From the NCBI GenBank assembly GCA_963813335.1, contig CAWEYL010000003.1, positions 384,001 through 448,000 of the forward strand: a stretch of 64,000 nt of DNA. Direction: 5' to 3'. Below are positions 61,475 to 64,000 of this stretch, piece after piece. The position numbers and the translations under genes were made by a program. Source of the DNA: an uncultured Chloroflexia bacterium (GTDB taxonomy: Bacteria > Chloroflexota > Limnocylindria > Limnocylindrales > CSP1-4). The notes beneath the pieces were generated by a model, which ran no database searches, was not told the DNA's origin, and saw nothing but the letters and a program-made list of their open reading frames with translations. Position 1 is the stretch's first letter. Every line of letters begins with the position of its first letter.

Positions 61475-63622
61475 TCAGGCGGCCGCCTTCTCGTCGACCT
61501 TCTTGCCGCCGTACGTGCCGGTCACGCTGGTATTCCCGTCGCCGTCTCGCTCGTAGGACAGGCGATCCCTGCCGGAGGACAGGCGCATCTCGAAGGTGCC
61601 GGCGTCGTCATCGGTCTCGCCACGCGCGGTCAGCGGCAGGTCCGGCGTGAACTCGCAGGCGCGCAGGACGACCTGCGTGCCGGCGTCGGTCGGCGTGTAC
61701 GTCACCGTCCCACCGAAGTCGCAGCCGGCGGTCACCGCGTCGGTGCCCTCGAAGTAGATGTAGTCGTGCGTGTTGAAGACGTGGCCGTCGACAGAGGTGG
61801 CGAGATCGAGCGCGTCCCGGTAGAGCCGCGCCGTCTGGGCCGGGTTGGCGACGTAGGCATCGACCATGTCCCAGTCCGTGCACGTGGTGATCCGCGCGGA
61901 CGGCGGCGTCCGGCTCGTCAGCCACGCTGTCAGGAGGTCGTCCGGGCAGGCCTGGCCCCAGCCGTAGATCACGTGCGGTCCGCCGACGGCCTGGACGAAC
62001 CAGGCGTCCTTGAGCCGGCTGTAGATGCGCATGCCGTTCGCGATCGGGGTCGCGGGGTCCGTCGTCGAGGTCAGGACGAAGACCGGGTACGGCGTGTCCT
62101 TGAGCGGGGCGGGCCGCGTCGGATCGGTCGTCGCCGCCGGCCAGTAGAGGCACGGCAGGTCGCCGTAATAGGCCGTCTCGAGCCGCGAGTCGTTGATGCC
62201 GTACGCCTCGGCGCTGGCGACCCACGCGTCGAGCCGCGCGTCGGTGTCGCCCGCGTCGGGGAAGAACGCGTAGTCCTGGCACTCGACGGCGTAGTACAGC
62301 GCGTCCGAGTAGCTGGGGTCCTGCTGCGGCTCGAGGGTGTCGGGATCGAGCCCGAGCGCGCCGTAGACCTCGCGGGCGAGCGGCACGTAGTCGCCGCGCG
62401 ACGCGGCGCCGAGCGCCCGCTGGAGCAGGAGCCGGTCGTACGAGTAGTAGAGCGCGTTGAACGCGGCCGTCTCAAGGTCGGTGCCGCTCAGCGTCCGCTG
62501 CTCGGTCGTGCCGTCGGACTTGGTGAAGTCGAAGGTGAGCGGGCCGCCCAGGAGCGCCGTCGCGAGCGCGTCGTACGCGGCGAGGGCGTCGCCGCCCCGG
62601 ATGTCGCGCTTGCAGGTCGCGTCGGCGGTGCAGGCATGGAGCACCGAGACGAGCGTGTCCTCAGCGGAGCGGGTGGCCTCGACGTAGTAGGTCGGGCCGT
62701 CGATCGTCAGGTCGACCGGGCCGTCGACGTAGAGCGTCGCGATGTGGTCGGGGTGGGCGGCCGCGTAGGTCTGCACGAACTGCGTGCCATAGCTCAGGCC
62801 GTAGAGGTCCATCTTGTCGACGCCGAGGTAGGCGCGGACGGCCTCGAGGTCCTCGACCGCCTGCTTCGTCGCGTAGAAAGGCAGGTCCGCCTCGGCCACG
62901 CCCGTTTCGGCCACGCAGTCCTTGGCGAAGGTCTCCGCCGCGGCGGCGGCGGCGGAGCGCTCGGCCGGGACCTGCGGTCGGGCGGTCGACTGGTAGTAGG
63001 TCGCCGCGGCCTTGGTGCACTGGATCGGCCCCGAGAGGCCGATGCCGCGCTGGTCCAGCCAGACCATGTCGTAGTCCTCGACGATCGACGCTCCGTAGTA
63101 GTCGTCGACATAGCCATCGCGGGTGGGGATGTCGCTGTAGCCCGGGCCGCCGGTGATCTCGACGTAGGTGCCCTTGCGCTCCTTCGTCGCCTTGTGGATC
63201 GCGAAGGTCACCTTCCAGGTCGGTCCGCCGGCCGTGGTCGCGAAGTGGTCCTTCGGGACGGCCAGCGTCACGCATTCGAAGACGGTCGTGTCGGGACAGG
63301 TCTGCCTGGAGACCAGGGTGTAGGCGGGCGCGGCCGGCGTCGCCGGCGATGCCGGAGTCGAAGCCGGTGGCGCCGCGCTTCCCGGCGCAGCTGGCGACGC
63401 GGCCGTCGAGGCGCTGGGCGAGGATTCGGCAGCGGCCGACCCGGACGGCGCGGGACTCCCGGACGCCGGCGGGGCCGAGGCCGGGAGCTGGGCCGGCCGG
63501 TTCGGCGAGTACGTCCAGCCCGGCGCGATGCCGGATCCGCACGCGGCGACCAGCAGGGCGACCGCCGCGACGGTCAGCGAGTGTCGAAGACGAGGAGTCC
63601 GTGATCGATGGGTGGGTGGCAC
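61475..63622 (-). CDS. Lipoprotein alpha/beta hydrolase (TAP-like S33 peptidase)
   Basis: Lipobox VAAC, GGPG, DQRGIG, GLSYG, DPATP, H near the C-terminus. Confidence 0.87.
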   Translation of the reverse strand: MPPTHRSRTPRLRHSLTVAAVALLVAACGSGIAPGWTYSPNRPAQLPASAPPASGSPAPSGSAAAESSPSASTAASPAAPGSAAPPASTPASPATPAAPAYTLVSRQTCPDTTVFECVTLAVPKDHFATTAGGPTWKVTFAIHKATKERKGTYVEITGGPGYSDIPTRDGYVDDYYGASIVEDYDMVWLDQRGIGLSGPIQCTKAAATYYQSTARPQVPAERSAAAAAAETFAKDCVAETGVAEADLPFYATKQAVEDLEAVRAYLGVDKMDLYGLSYGTQFVQTYAAAHPDHIATLYVDGPVDLTIDGPTYYVEATRSAEDTLVSVLHACTADATCKRDIRGGDALAAYDALATALLGGPLTFDFTKSDGTTEQRTLSGTDLETAAFNALYYSYDRLLLQRALGAASRGDYVPLAREVYGALGLDPDTLEPQQDPSYSDALYYAVECQDYAFFPDAGDTDARLDAWVASAEAYGINDSRLETAYYGDLPCLYWPAATTDPTRPAPLKDTPYPVFVLTSTTDPATPIANGMRIYSRLKDAWFVQAVGGPHVIYGWGQACPDDLLTAWLTSRTPPSARITTCTDWDMVDAYVANPAQTARLYRDALDLATSVDGHVFNTHDYIYFEGTDAVTAGCDFGGTVTYTPTDAGTQVVLRACEFTPDLPLTARGETDDDAGTFEMRLSSGRDRLSYERDGDGNTSVTGTYGGKKVDEKAAA

Positions 63623-63679
63623 GGCGGTCAGCCTAGGGCGCCGGCGGCTCGGTGCCGACCGGGTGTCGCGGTCCGCGCG

Positions 63680-64000
63680 TCAGCGGCCGCGCTGCCAGGA
63701 CTTGCCCTCGGTCTGCGTCGAGGGCGCGTAGACCATCTCGACCCGCTGCATGTCGCGGATCGTCCGGGCGCCGAGGGCCGCCATCGACTGGCGCAGCGCC
63801 CCGACGAGGTTCTCGCTGCCGTCGGTCACATGCGCCGGCCCGAAGAGGATCCGCTCGAGCGTCCCGACCGTCCCGACGTTGATGCGCGTCCCGCGCGGGA
63901 GCGTCGGCGACGGCGCGGCCATGCCCCAGTTGGTGCCACGACCGGGCGCCTCCTCGGCGCGGGCCAGCGGCGAGCCGATCATCAGCACGTCGGCGCCGGC
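63680..64000 (-). CDS. guaB3: GuaB3-type IMP dehydrogenase family protein (C-terminal part, cut by the window edge)
   Basis: MIGSPLARA, WGMA...LPRG, ILFGP, NLVGALRQSMA, TEGK. Confidence 0.85.
   Translation of the reverse strand, partial: AGADVLMIGSPLARAEEAPGRGTNWGMAAPSPTLPRGTRINVGTVGTLERILFGPAHVTDGSENLVGALRQSMAALGARTIRDMQRVEMVYAPSTQTEGKSWQRGR

Noticed and set aside
59274-61490. C-terminal poly-Ala ends as ssrA-like ClpXP degrons
   Set aside because: The proteins are membrane or secreted, and Ala-rich ends are common at this GC content
1022-63604. Many long overlapping ORFs (e.g. 19174..21744 +, 22077..24545 +, 35701..38367 +, 45111..47837 +)
   Set aside because: Antisense or off-frame shadows of real genes; Arg/Pro/Ala-rich with no motifs, expected from stop-codon scarcity at high GC

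Overview
Very GC-rich bacterial chromosomal segment, densely coding and mostly on the minus strand. Gene content (GuaB3, UPF0182, F420-type oxidoreductases, LCP/Wzm-Wzt wall-polymer genes, many TANNNT boxes directly before start codons) suggests a monoderm such as Chloroflexota Limnocylindria, or less likely an actinobacterium; this is inference. The window holds: (1) small metabolic and regulatory genes and tRNA-Pro(TGG), 0-9 kb; (2) an LCP gene and a LOG-rdgB-rph-mazG-PPIase block, 9-15.5 kb; (3) a large cell-envelope glycan locus, 15.5-44.2 kb, with Wzm/Wzt, six GT4s, a GT2, a Wbp-type diacetamido-uronic acid pathway and rfbABDC, inside which sit two secreted multi-Ig (FlgD-like, 'SPNGDG') proteins, one with a GH18 domain and one with a putative caspase/gingipain-fold His-Cys domain; (4) radC-cvpA-mreBC; (5) a cluster of zinc-ribbon/membrane proteins around UPF0182 and a CPBP protease; (6) guaA, a truncated globin, an unannotated small-protein cluster, and partial guaB3. 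About a dozen small indels in conserved genes look like long-read errors. No transposase, integrase or CRISPR array was seen. Best novelty candidates: a uORF-terminator attenuator with a rare AGG codon ahead of a LysE exporter; the secreted Cys-protease-like/Ig proteins in the Wbp locus; a 15-residue-repeat beta-solenoid protein; the small-protein cluster with shared GATG operators; and a MITE-like inverted-repeat element.
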